Source: Eledone cirrhosa (taxonomy: Eukaryota). From it: a stretch of 64,000 nt of DNA. Below, piece after piece: positions 28,601-43,600 of this stretch. Location of the stretch: positions 110,236,001-110,300,000 of the forward strand of contig OZ024744.1 in the NCBI GenBank assembly GCA_964016885.1. Reading direction: 5' to 3'. Below the pieces are notes generated by a model. The model did no database searches. It was not told the DNA's origin and saw nothing but the letters and a program-made list of their open reading frames with translations. The first letter of the stretch is position 1. Each line of letters begins with the position of its first letter. Position numbers and translations under genes: made by a program.

Positions 28601-31600
28601 ATTACGTTGCCATGAACATACTAAAACTACACGATCTTCTATAACTTACCTTGCCCTGAACACAGTAAAACCACACAATCCACTATAACTTACCTTGCCC
28701 TGAACACAGTAAAACTACACAATCCACTATAACTTACCTTGCCCTGAACACAGTAAAACTACACAATCCACTATAACTTACCTTGCCCTGAACACAGTAA
28801 AACTACACGATCCACTATAACTTACCTTGCCCTGAACACAGTAAAACTACACGATCCACTATAACTTACCTTGCCCTGAACACAGTAAAACTACACAATC
28901 CACTATAACTAACCTTGCTCGGAACACAGTAAAACTATACAATCCACCATAACTTACCTTGCCCTGAACACAGTAAATCTACACAATCCACTATAACTTA
29001 CCTTGACCTGAACAGAGTAAAACTACACAATCCACTATAACTTACCTTGCCCTGAACACAGTAAAACTACACAATCCACTATAACTTACCTTGACCTGAA
29101 CAGAGTAAAACTACACAATCCACTATAACTTACCTTGCACTGAAAACAGTAAAACTACACAACCCACTATAACTTACCTTGCCCTGAACATAGTAAAAGA
29201 ACGTAATCCACTATAACTTACCTTCCTTTGAACACAGTAAAACTACACGATCCACTATAATTTACCTTGCCCTGAACACAGTAAAACTACAAGATCCACT
29301 ATAACTTACCTTGCTCTGAACACAGTAAAACTACATAATCCACTATAACTTACCTTGCCCTGAACACAGTAAAACTAACACAATCCACTATAACTTACCT
29401 TGCCCTGAACACAGTAAAACTACACAATCCACTATAACTTACCTTGCCCTGAACACAGTAAAACTACACAATCCACTATAAATTACGTTGCCCTGAACGT
29501 ACTAAAACTACACAATCTTCTATAACTTACCTTGCCCTGAACACAGTAAAACTACACAATCCACTATAAATTACGTTGCCCTGAACACAGTAAATCTACA
29601 CCATCCACTATAAATTACCTTGCCTTGAACACAGTAAAATTACACAATCCACTATAACTAAACTTGCCCCGAACACAGTAAAACTACACAATCCACTATA
29701 ACTTACCTTGCCCTGAACACAGTAAAACTACACAATCCACTATAATTTACCTTGCCCTGAACACAGTAAAACTACACAATCCACTATAACTGACCTTGGT
29801 CTGAACACAGTAAAACTACACAATCCACTATAACTTACCTTGCTCTGAACACAGTAAAACTACACAATCCACTATAACTTACCTTGCCCTGAACACAGTA
29901 AAACTACACAATCCACCATAACTTACCTTGCCCTGAACACAGTAAAAGAACACAATCTTCTATAACTTACCTTGCCCTGAATACAGTGAAACTACACAAT
30001 CCCCTATACCTTACCTTGCTCTGAACACAGTAAAACTACACAATCCACTATAACTTACCTTGCCCTGAACACAGTAAAACTACACAATCCACTATAACTT
30101 AAATTGCCCTGAACTCAGTAAAACTACATAATCCACTGTAACTTACCTTGCCCTGAACACAGTAAAAGTACACAACCCACTATAACTTACCTTGCTCTGA
30201 ACACAGCAAAACTACACAATCCACTATAACTTACCTTGCCCTGAACACAGTAAAACTACACAATCCACTATAACTTACCTTGCCCTGAACACAGTAAAAG
30301 TACATAATCCACTATAACTTACCTTGCTCTGAACACAGTATAACTTACCTTGCCCTGAACACAGTAAAACTACACAATCCACTATAACTTAAATTGCCCT
30401 GAACTCAGTAAAACTACATAATCCACTGTAACTTACCTTGCCCTGAACACAGTAAAAGTACACAACCCACTATAACTTACCTTGCTCTGAACACAGCAAA
30501 ACTACACAATCCACTATAATTTACCTTGCCCTGAACACAGTAAAACTACAAGATCCACTATAACTTACCTTGCTTTGAACACAGTAAAACTACATAATCC
30601 ACTATAACTTACCTTGCCCTGAACACAGTAAAACTAACACAATCCACTATAACTTACCTTGCCCTGAACACAGTAAAACTACACAATCCACTTCAACTTA
30701 CCTTGCTCTGAACACAGTAAAACTACACAATCCACTATAACTTACCTTGCCCTGAACATACTAAAACTACACAATCCACTATAACTTACCTTGCCCTGAA
30801 CACAGTAAAACTACAAGATCCACTATAACTTACCTTGCTCTGAACACAGTAAAACTACACAATCCACTATAAATTACGTTGCCCTGAACACAGTAAGACT
30901 ACACAATCTTCTATAACTTACCTTGCCCTGAACACAGTAAAACTACACGATCCACTATAACTTACCTTGCCCTGAACACAGTAAAACTACACAATCCACT
31001 ATAACTTACCTTGCCCTGAACACAGTAAATCTACATAATCCACTATAACTTACCTTGCCCTGAACACAGTAAAACTACACAATCCACTATAACTTACCTT
31101 GCCCTGAACACAGTAAAACAACACAATCCACTATAAATTACCTTGCCCTGAACACAGTAAAACTACACAATCCACTATAACTTACCTTGCCCTGAACACA
31201 GTAAAACTACACAATCCACTATAACTTACCTTGCCCTGAACACTGTAAAACTACATAATCCACTATAACTTACCTTGCCCTGAAACAGTAAAACTACACA
31301 AACCACTATAACTTACCTTGCCCTGAACACAGTAAAACTACACAATCCACTATAACTTACCTTGCCCTGAACACAGTAAAACTACACAATCCACTATAAC
31401 TTACCTTGCCCTGAACACAGTAAAACTACACAATCCACTATAACTTACCTTGCCCTGAACACAGTAAAACTACACGATCCACTAAAACTTACCTTGCCCT
31501 GAACACAGTAAAACTACACGATCCACTATAACTTACCTTGCCCTGAACACAGTAAAACTACACAATCCACTATAACTAACCTTGCTCTGAACACAGTAAA

Positions 31601-33000
31601 ACTATACAATCCACCATAACTTACCTTGCCCTGAACACAGTAAAACTACACAATCCACTATAACTTACCTTGACCTGAACAGAGTAAAACTACACAATCC
31701 ACTATAACTTACCTTGCACTGGACACAGTAAAACTACACAACCCACTATAACTTACCTTGCCCTGAACACACTAAAACTACACAATCCACTATAACTTAC
31801 CTTGCACTGGACACAGTAAAACTACACAACCCACTATAACTTACCTTGCCCTGAACACAGAAAACTACACAATCCACTATAACTTAACTGGCCCTGAACA
31901 CAGTAAAACTACACAATCCACCATGAATTACCTTGCCCTGAACAGAGTCAAACTACACAATCCACTATAACTTACCTTGACCTGAACAGAGTAAAACTAC
32001 ACAATCCACTATAACTTACCTTGACTTGAACAGAGTAAAACTACACAATCCACTATAACTTACCTTGACCTGAACAGAGTAAAACTACACAATCCACTAT
32101 AACTTACCTTGACCTGAACAGAGTAAAACTACACAATCCACTATAACTTACCTTGCCCTGAACACAGTAAAACTACACAATCCACTATAACTTACCTTGA
32201 CCTGAACAGAGTAAAACTACACAATCCACTATAACTTACCTTGCACTGAAAACGGTAAAACTACACAACCCACTATAACTTACCTTGCCCTGAACATAGT
32301 AAAAGAACGTAATCCACTATAACTTACCTTCCTTTGAACACAGTAAAACTACACAATCCACTATAATTTACCTTGCCCTGAACACAGTAAAACTACAAGA
32401 TCCACTATAACTTACCTTGCTCTGAACACAGTAAAACTACATAATCCACTATAACTTACCTTGCCCTGAACACAGTAAAACTAACACAATCCACTATAAC
32501 TTACCTTGCCCTGAACACAGTAAAACTACACAATCCACTATAACTTACCTTGCCCTGAATACAGTAAAACTACACAATCCACTATAAATTACGTTGCCCT
32601 GAACATACTAAAACTACACAATCTTCTATAACTTACCTTGCCCTGATCACAGTAAAACTACACAATCCACTATAACTTTCCTTGCCCTGAACACAGTAAA
32701 ACTACAAAACCCACTATAACATACCTTGCCCTGAACACAGTAAAACTACACAATCCACTGTAACTTACCTTGCCCTGAACACAGTAAAACTACACAATCC
32801 ACTATAACTTACCTTGCCCTGAACACAGTAAAACTGCATAATCCACTATAACTTACCTTGCCGTGAACACAGTAAAACTACACAATCCACTATAACTTAC
32901 CTTGCCCTGAACACAGTAAAACTACACAATCCACTATAAATTACCTTGCCCTGAACACAGTAAAACTACACAATCCACTATAACTTACTTTGCCCTGAAC
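23280..33000. repeat. Segment about 23.3-25.6 kb duplicated at about 30.7-33.0 kb (offset 7419)
   Basis: GTAAGAC at 23474/30893; GATC marker at 25226/32645; CATGAATT at about 24503/31922. Confidence 0.85.
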
Positions 33001-36000
33001 ACAGTAAAACTACACAATCCACTATAACTTACCTTGCCCTGAACACTGTAAAACTACATAATCCACTATAACTTACCTTGCCCTGAAACAGTAAAACTAC
33101 ACAAACCACTATAACTTACCTTGCCCTGAACACAGTAAAACTACACGATCCACTATAACTTACCTTGCCTTGAACACAGTAAAACTACATGATCCACTAT
33201 AACTTACCTTGCCCTGAACACAGTAAAACTACACAATCCACTATAACTAACCTTGCTCTGAACACAGTAAAACTACACAATCCACTATAACTTACCTTGC
33301 CCTGAACACAGTAAAACTACACAATCCACTAAAACTAACCTTGCTCTGAACAGAGTAAAACTATACAATCCACCATAACTTACCTTGCCCTGAACACAGT
33401 AAAACTACACAATCCACTATAACTTACCTTGACCTGAACAGAGTAAAACTACACAATCCACTATAACTTACCTTGCCCTGAACACACTAAAACTCCACAA
33501 TCCACAATAACTTACCTTGCACTGCAAACAGTAAAACTACACAACCCACTATAACTTACCTTGCTCTGAACACAGTAAAACTACACAATCCACTATAACT
33601 TACCTTGCCCTGAACATAGTAAAAGAACGTAATCCACTATAACTTACCTTCCTTTGAACACAGTAAAACTACACAATCCACTATAATTTACCTTGCCCTG
33701 AACACAGTAAAACTACAAGATCCACTATAACTTACCTTGCTCTGAACACAGTAAAACTACATAATCCACTATAACTTACCTTGCCCTGAACACAGTAAAA
33801 CTACACAATCCACTATAAATTACGTTGCCCTGAACATACTAAAACTACACAATCTTCTATAACTTACCTTGCCCTGAACACAGTAAAACTACACAATCCA
33901 CTGTAACTTACCTTGCCCTGAACACAGTAAAACTACACAATCCACTATAACTTACCTTGCCCTGAACACAGTAAAACTGCATAATCCACTATAAATTACC
34001 TTGCCCTGAACACAGTAAAACTACACAATCCACTATAACTTACCTTGCCCTGAACACAGTAAAACTACACAATCCACTATAACTTACCTTGCCCTGAACA
34101 CTGTAAAACTACATAATCCACTATAACTTACCTTGCCCTGAAACAGTAAAACTACACAAACCACTATAACTTACCTTGCCCTGAACACAGTAAAACTACA
34201 TAATCCACTATAACTTACCTTGCCCTGAACACACTAAAACTACACAATCCACTATAACTTAACTGGCCCTGAACACAGTAAAACTACACAATCCACTATA
34301 ACTTAGCTTGCACTGAACACAGTAAAACTACACAATCCACTATAACTTACCTTGCCCTGAACACAGTAAAACTACACAATCCACTTCAACTTAACTTGCT
34401 CTGAACACAGTAAAACTACACAATCCACTATAACTTACCTTGCCCTGAACACAGTAAAATTACACAACCCACTATAACTAACCTTGCCCTGAACACAGTA
34501 AAACTACACAATCCACTATAACTTACTTTGCTCTGAACACAGTAAAACTACACAATCCACCTTAACTTACCTTGCTCTGAACACAGTAAAACTACACAAT
34601 CCACTTCAACTTACCTTGCTCTGAACACAGTAAAACTACACAATCCACTATAACTTACCTTGCCCTGAACACAGTAAAACTACACGATCCACTATAAATT
34701 ACCTTGCCCTGAACACAGTAAAACTACACAATCCACTATAACTTACCTTGCCCTGAACACAGTAAAACTAAACAATCCACTATAACTTACCTTGCCCTGA
34801 ACACAGTAAAACTACACAATCCACTATAACTAACCTTGCTCTGAACACAGTAAAACTATACGATCCACCATAACTTACCTTGCCCTGAACACAGTAAAAC
34901 TACACAATCCACTATAACTTACCTTGACTTGAACAGAGTAAAACTACACAATCCACTATAACTTACCTTGCACTGGACACAGTAAAACTACACAACCCAC
35001 TATAACTTACCTTGCCCTGAACACACTAAAACTACACAATCCACTATAACTTACCTTGCACTGGACACAGTAAAACTACACAACCCACTATAACTTACCT
35101 TGCCCTGAACACACTAAAACTACACAATCCACTATAACTTACCTTGCCCTGAACACAGTAAAATTACACAATCCACTATAACTTACCTTGCCCTAAACAC
35201 AGTAAAACTACATAATCCACTATAACTTAACATGCTCTGAACACAGTAAAACTACACAACCCACTATAACTTACCTTGCCTTGAACACAGTAAAACTACA
35301 CAATCCACAATAACTTACCTTGCCCTGAACATAGTAAAACTACGTAATCCACTATAACTTACCTTCCTCTAAACACAGTAAAACTACACAATCCACTATA
35401 ACTTACCTTGCCCAGAACACAGTAAAACTACGTAATCCACTATAACTTACCTTGCCCTGAACACAGTAAAACTAACACAATCCACTATAACTTACCTTGC
35501 CCTGAACACAGTAAAACTACACCATCCACTATAAATTACGTTGCCATGAACATACTAAAACTACACGATCTTCTATAACTTACCTTGCCCTGAACACAGT
35601 AAAACCACACAATCCACTATAACTTACCTTGCCCTGAACACAGTAAAACTACACAATCCACTATAACTTACCTTGCCCTGAACACAGTAAAACTACACAA
35701 TCCACTATAACTTACCTTGCCCTGAACACAGTAAAACTACACGATCCACTATAACTTACCTTGCCCTGAACACAGTAAAACTACACGATCCACTATAACT
35801 TACCTTGCCCTGAACACAGTAAAACTACACAATCCACTATAACTAACCTTGCTCGGAACACAGTAAAACTATACAATCCACCATAACTTACCTTGCCCTG
35901 AACACAGTAAATCTACACAATCCACTATAACTTACCTTGACCTGAACAGAGTAAAACTACACAATCCACTATAACTTACCTTGCCCTGAACACAGTAAAA

Positions 36001-37600
36001 CTACACAATCCACTATAACTTACCTTGACCTGAACAGAGTAAAACTACACAATCCACTATAACTTACCTTGCACTGAAAACAGTAAAACTACACAACCCA
36101 CTATAACTTACCTTGCCCTGAACATAGTAAAAGAACGTAATCCACTATAACTTACCTTCCTTTGAACACAGTAAAACTACACGATCCACTATAATTTACC
36201 TTGCCCTGAACACAGTAAAACTACAAGATCCACTATAACTTACCTTGCTCTGAACACAGTAAAACTACATAATCCACTATAACTTACCTTGCCCTGAACA
36301 CAGTAAAACTAACACAATCCACTATAACTTACCTTGCCCTGAACACAGTAAAACTACACAATCCACTATAACTTACCTTGCCCTGAACACAGTAAAACTA
36401 CACAATCCACTATAAATTACGTTGCCCTGAACGTACTAAAACTACACAATCTTCTATAACTTACCTTGCCCTGAACACAGTAAAACTACACAATCCACTA
36501 TAAATTACGTTGCCCTGAACACAGTAAATCTACACCATCCACTATAAATTACCTTGCCTTGAACACAGTAAAATTACACAATCCACTATAACTAAACTTG
36601 CCCCGAACACAGTAAAACTACACAATCCACTATAACTTACCTTGCCCTGAACACAGTAAAACTACACAATCCACTATAATTTACCTTGCCCTGAACACAG
36701 TAAAACTACACAATCCACTATAACTGACCTTGGTCTGAACACAGTAAAACTACACAATCCACTATAACTTACCTTGCTCTGAACACAGTAAAACTACACA
36801 ATCCACTATAACTTACCTTGCCCTGAACACAGTAAAACTACACAATCCACCATAACTTACCTTGCCCTGAACACAGTAAAAGAACACAATCTTCTATAAC
36901 TTACCTTGCCCTGAATACAGTGAAACTACACAATCCCCTATACCTTACCTTGCTCTGAACACAGTAAAACTACACAATCCACTATAACTTACCTTGCCCT
37001 GAACACAGTAAAACTACACAATCCACTATAACTTAAATTGCCCTGAACTCAGTAAAACTACATAATCCACTGTAACTTACCTTGCCCTGAACACAGTAAA
37101 AGTACACAACCCACTATAACTTACCTTGCTCTGAACACAGCAAAACTACACAATCCACTATAACTTACCTTGCCCTGAACACAGTAAAACTACACAATCC
37201 ACTATAACTTACCTTGCCCTGAACACAGTAAAAGTACATAATCCACTATAACTTACCTTGCTCTGAACACAGTATAACTTACCTTGCCCTGAACACAGTA
37301 AAACTACACAATCCACTATAACTTAAATTGCCCTGAACTCAGTAAAACTACATAATCCACTGTAACTTACCTTGCCCTGAACACAGTAAAAGTACACAAC
37401 CCACTATAACTTACCTTGCTCTGAACACAGCAAAACTACACAATCCACTATAATTTACCTTGCCCTGAACACAGTAAAACTACAAGATCCACTATAACTT
37501 ACCTTGCTTTGAACACAGTAAAACTACATAATCCACTATAACTTACCTTGCCCTGAACACAGTAAAACTAACACAATCCACTATAACTTACCTTGCCCTG
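27250..37600. repeat. Segment about 27.3-30.7 kb duplicated at about 34.2-37.6 kb (offset 6934)
   Basis: CCCTAAAC variant at 28260/35194; GCTCGGAAC at 28921/35855; GAACGTACT at 29495/36429; 26-bp monomer at 30332/37266. Confidence 0.9.
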
Positions 37601-40600
37601 AACACAGTAAAAGTACACAATCCACTATAAATTACGTTGCCCTGAACATACTAAAACTACACAATCTTCTATAACTTACCTTGCCCTGAACACAGTAAAA
37701 CTACACAATCCACTGTAACTTACCTTGCCCTGAACACAGTAAAACTACACAATCCACTATAACTTACCTTGCCCTGAACACAGTAAAACTGCATAATCCA
37801 CTATAAATTACCTTGCCCTGAACACAGTAAAACTACACAATCCACTATAACTTACCTTGCCCTGAACACAGTAAAACTACACAATCCACTGTAACTTACC
37901 TTGCCCTGAACACTGTAAAACTACATAATCCACTATAACTTACCTTGCCCTGAAACAGTAAAACTACACAAACCACTATAACTTACCTTGCCCTGAACAC
38001 AGTAAAACTACACAATCCACTATAACTTACCTTGCCCTGAACACAGTAAAACTACACGATCCACTATAAATTACCTTGCCCTGAACACAGTAAAACTACA
38101 CAATCCACTATAACTAACCTTGACCTGAACACAGTAAAACTACACAATCCACTATAACTTACCTTGTCCTGAACACACTAAAACTACACAATCCACTATA
38201 ACTTAACTGGCCCTGAACATAGTAAAACTACACAATCCACTATAACTTAGCTTGCACTGAACACAGTAAAACTACACAAACCACTATAACTTACCTTGCC
38301 CTGAACACACTAAAACTACACAATCCACTTCAACTTACCTTGCTCTGAACACAGTAAAACTACACAATCCACTATAACTTACCTTGCCCTGAACACAGTA
38401 AAATTACACAACCCACTATAACTAACCTTGCCCTGAACACAGTAAAACTACACAATCCACTATAACTTACTTTGCTCTGAACACAGTAAAACTACACAAT
38501 CCACCTTAACTTACCTTGCTCTGAACACAGTAAAACTACACAATCCACTTCAACTTACCTTGCTCTGAACACAGTAAAACTACACAATCCACTATAACTT
38601 ACCTTGCCCTGAACACAGTAAAACTACACGATCCACTATAAATTACCTTGCTCTGAACACAGTAAAACTACACAATCCACTTCAACTTACCTTGATCTGA
38701 ACACAGTAAAACTACACAATCCACTATAACTTACCTTGCCCTGAACACAGTAAAACTACACGATCCACTATAAATTACGTTGCCCTGAACATACTAAATC
38801 TACACAATCTTCTATAACTTACCTTGCCCTGATCACAGTAAAACTACACAATCCACTATAACTTTCCTTGCCCTGAACACAGTAAAACTACACAACCCAC
38901 TATAACATACCTTGCCCTGAACACAGTAAAACTACACAATCCACTGCAACTTACCTTGCCCTGAACACAGTAAAACTACACAATCCACTATAACTTACCT
39001 TGCCCTGAACACAGTAAAACTGCATAATCCACTATAACTTACCTTGCCCTGAACACAGTAAAACTACACAATCCACTATAACTTACCTTGCCCTGAACAC
39101 AGTAAAACTACACAATCCACTATAAATTACCTTGCCCTGAACACAGTAAAACTACACAATCCACTATAACTTACCTTGCCCTGAACACAGTAAAACTACA
39201 CGATCCACTATAACTTACCTTGCCCTGAACACTGTAAAACTACATAATCCACTATAACTTACCTTGCCCTGAAACAGTAAAACTACACAAACCACTATAA
39301 CTTACCTTGCCCTGAACACAGTAAAACTACACGATCCACTATAACTTACTTTGCCTTGAACACAGTAAAACTACACCATCCACTATAACTTACCTTGCCC
39401 TGAACACAGTAAAACTACACAATCCACTATAACTAACCTTGCTCTGAACACAGTAAAACTACACAATCCACTATAACTTACCTTGCCCTGAACACAGTAA
39501 AACTACACAATCCACTAAAACTAACCTTGCTCTGAACAGAGTAAAACTATACAATCCACCATAACTTACCTTGCCCTGAACACAGTAAAACTACACAATC
39601 CACTATAACTTACCTTGACCTGAACAGAGTAAAACTACACAATCCACTATAACTTACCTTGCCCTGAACACACTAAAACTACACAATCCACTATAACTTA
39701 CCTTGCACTGCAAACAGTAAAACTACACAACCCACTATAACTTACCTTGCTCTGAACACAGTAAAACTACACAATCCACTATAACTTACCTTGCCCTGAA
39801 CATAGTAAAAGAACGTAATCCACTATAACTTACCTTCCTTTGAACACAGTAAAACTACACAATCCACTATAATTTACCTTGCCCTGAACACAGTAAAACT
39901 ACAAGATCCACTATAACTTACCCTGCTCTGAACACAGTAAAACTACATAATCCACTATAACTTACCTTGCCCTGAACACAGTAAAACTACACAATCCACT
40001 ATAAATTACGTTGCCCTGAACATACTAAAACTACACAATCTTCTATAACTTACCTTGCCCTGAACACAGTAAACCTACACAATCCACTGTAACTTACCTT
40101 GCCCTGAACACAGTAAAACTACACAATCCACTATAACTTACCTTGCCCTGAACACAGTAAAACTGCATAATCCACTATAAATTACCTTGCCCTGAACACA
40201 GTAAAACTACACAATCCACTATAACTTACCTTGCCCTGAACACAGTAAAACTACACAATCCACTATAACTTACCTTGCCCTGAACATTGTAAAACTACAT
40301 AATCCACTATAACTTACCTTGCCCTGAAACAGTAAAACTACACAAACCACTATAACTTACCTTGCCCTGAACACAGTAAAACTACACAATCCACTATAAC
40401 TTACCTTGCCCTGAACACAGTAAAACTACACGATCCACTATAAATTACCTTGCCCTGAACACAGTAAAACTACACAATCCACTATAACTAACCTTGACCT
40501 GAACACAGTAAAACTACACAATCCACTATAACTTACCTTGTCCTGAACACACTAAAACTACACAATCCACTATAACTTAACTGGCCCTGAACACAGTAAA

Positions 40601-43600
40601 ACTACACAATCCACTATAACTTAGCTTGCACTGAACACAGTAAAACTACACAATCCACTGTAACTAACCTTGCCCTGAACACAGTAAAACTACACAATCC
40701 ACTTCAACTTACCTTGCTCTGAACACAGTAAAACTACACAATCCACTATAACTTACCTTGCCCTGAACACAGTAAAATTACACAACCCACTATAACTAAC
40801 CTTGCCCTGAACACAGTAAAACTACAGAATCCACTATAACTTACTTTGCTCTGAACACAGTAAAACTACACAATCCACCTTAACTTACCTTGCTCTGAAC
40901 ACAGTAAAACTACACAATCCACTTCAACTTACCTTGCTCTGAACACAGTAAAACTACACAATCCACTCTAACTTACCTTGCCCTGAACACAGTAAAACTA
41001 CACGATCCACTATAAATTACCTTGCCCTGAACACAGTAAAACTACACAATCCACTATAACTTACCTTGCCCTGAACACAGTAAAACTAAACAATCCACTA
41101 TAACTTACCTTGCTCTGAACACAGTAAAACTACACAATCCACTATAACTAACCTTGCTCTGAACACAGTAAAACTATACAATCCACCATAACTTACCTTG
41201 CCCTGAACACAGTAAAACTACACAATCCACTATAACTTACCTTGACCTGAACAGAGTAAAACTCCACAATCCACTATAACTTACCTTGCACTGGACACAG
41301 TAAAACTACACAACCCACTATAACTTACCTTGCCCTGAACACACTAAAACTACACAATCCACTATAACTTACCTTGCACTGGACACAGTAAAACTACACA
41401 ACCCACTATAACTTACCTTGCCCTGAACACACTAAAACTACACAATCCACTATAACTTACCTTGCCCTGAACACAGTAAAATTACACAATCCACTATAAC
41501 TTACCTTGCCCTGAACACAGTAAAACTACGTAATCCACTATAACTTACCTTCCTCTAAACACAGTAAAACTACACAATCCACTATAACTTACCTTGCCCA
41601 GAACACAGTAAAACTACGTAATCCACTATAACTTACCTTGCCCTGAACACAGTAAAACTACACAATCCACTATAATTTACCTTGCCCTGAACACAGTAAA
41701 ACTACACAATCCACTATAACTTACCTTGCTCTGAACACAGTAAAACTACATAATCCACTATAACTTACCTTGCCCTGAACACAGTAAAACTAACACAATC
41801 CACTATAACTTACCTTGCCCTGAACACAGTAAAACTACACCATCCACTATAAATTACGTTGCCATGAACATACTAAAACTACACGATCTTCTATAACTTA
41901 CCTTGCCCTGATCACAGTAAAACCACACAATCCACTATAACTTACCTTGCCCTGAACACAGTAAAACTACACAATCCACTATAACTTACCTTGCCCTGAA
42001 CACAGTAAAACTACACAATCCACTATAACTTACCTTGCCCTGAACACAGTAAAACTACACGATCCACTATAACTTACCTTGCCCTGAACACAGTAAAACT
42101 ACACGATCCACTATAACTTACCTTGCCCTGAACACAGTAAAACTACACAATCCACTATAACTAAGCTTGCTCGGAACACAGTAAAACTATACAATCCACT
42201 ATAACTTACCTTGCCCTGAACACAGTAAATCTACACAATCCACTATAACTTACCTTGACCTGAACAGAGTAAAACTACACAATCCACTATAACTTACCTT
42301 GCCCTGAACACAGTAAAACTACACAATCCACTATAACTTACCTTGCACTGAAAACAGTAAAACTACACAACCCACTATAACTTACCTTGCCCTGAACATA
42401 GTAAAAGAACGTAATCCACTATAACTTACCTTCCTTTGAACACAGTAAAACTACACGATCCACTATAATTTACCTTGCCCTGAACACAGTAAAACTACAA
42501 GATCCACTATAACTTACCTTGCTCTGAACACAGTAAAACTACATAATCCACTATAACTTACCTTGCCCTGAACACAGTAAAACTAACACAATCCACTATA
42601 ACTTACCTTGCCCTGAACACAGTAAAACTACACAATCCACTATAACTTACCTTGCCCTGAACACAGTAAAACTACACAATCCACTATAAATTACGTTGCC
42701 CTGAACATACTAAAACTACACAATCTTCTATAACTTACCTTGCCCTGAACACAGTAAAACTACACAATCCACTATAAATTACGTTGCCCTGAACACAGTA
42801 AAACTACACCATCCACTATAAATTACCTTGCTTTGAACACAGTAAAATTACACAATCCACTATAACTAAACTTGCCCCGAACACAGTAAAACTACACAAT
42901 CCACTATAACTTACCTTGCTCTGAACACAGTAAAACTACACAATCCACTATAACTTACCTTGCCCTGAACACAGTAAAACTACGTAATCCACTATAACTT
43001 ACCTTGCCCTGAACACAGTAAAACTACACAATCCACTATAATTTACCTTGCCCTGAACACAGTAAAACTACACAATCCACTATAACTGACCTTGGTCTGA
43101 ACACAGTAAAACTACACAATCCACTATAACTTACCTTGCTCTGAACACAGTAAAACTACACAATCCACTATAACTTACCTTGCCCTGAACACAGTAAAAC
43201 TACACAATCCACCATAACTTACCTTGCCCTGAACACAGTAAAAGAACACAATCTTCTATAACTTACCTTGCCCTGAATACAGTGAAACTACACAATCCCC
43301 TATACCTTACCTTGCTCTGAACACAGTAAAACTACACAATCCACTATAACTTACCTTGCCCTGAACACAGTAAAACTACACAATCCACTATAACTTAAAT
43401 TGCCCTGAACTCAGTAAAACTACATAATCCACTGTAACTTACCTTGCCCTGAACACAGTAAAAGTACACAACCCACTATAACTTACCTTGCTCTGAACAC
43501 AGCAAAACTACACAATCCACTATAACTTACCTTGCCCTGAACACAGTAAAACTACACAATCCACTATAACTTACCTTGCCCTGAACACAGTAAAAGTACA

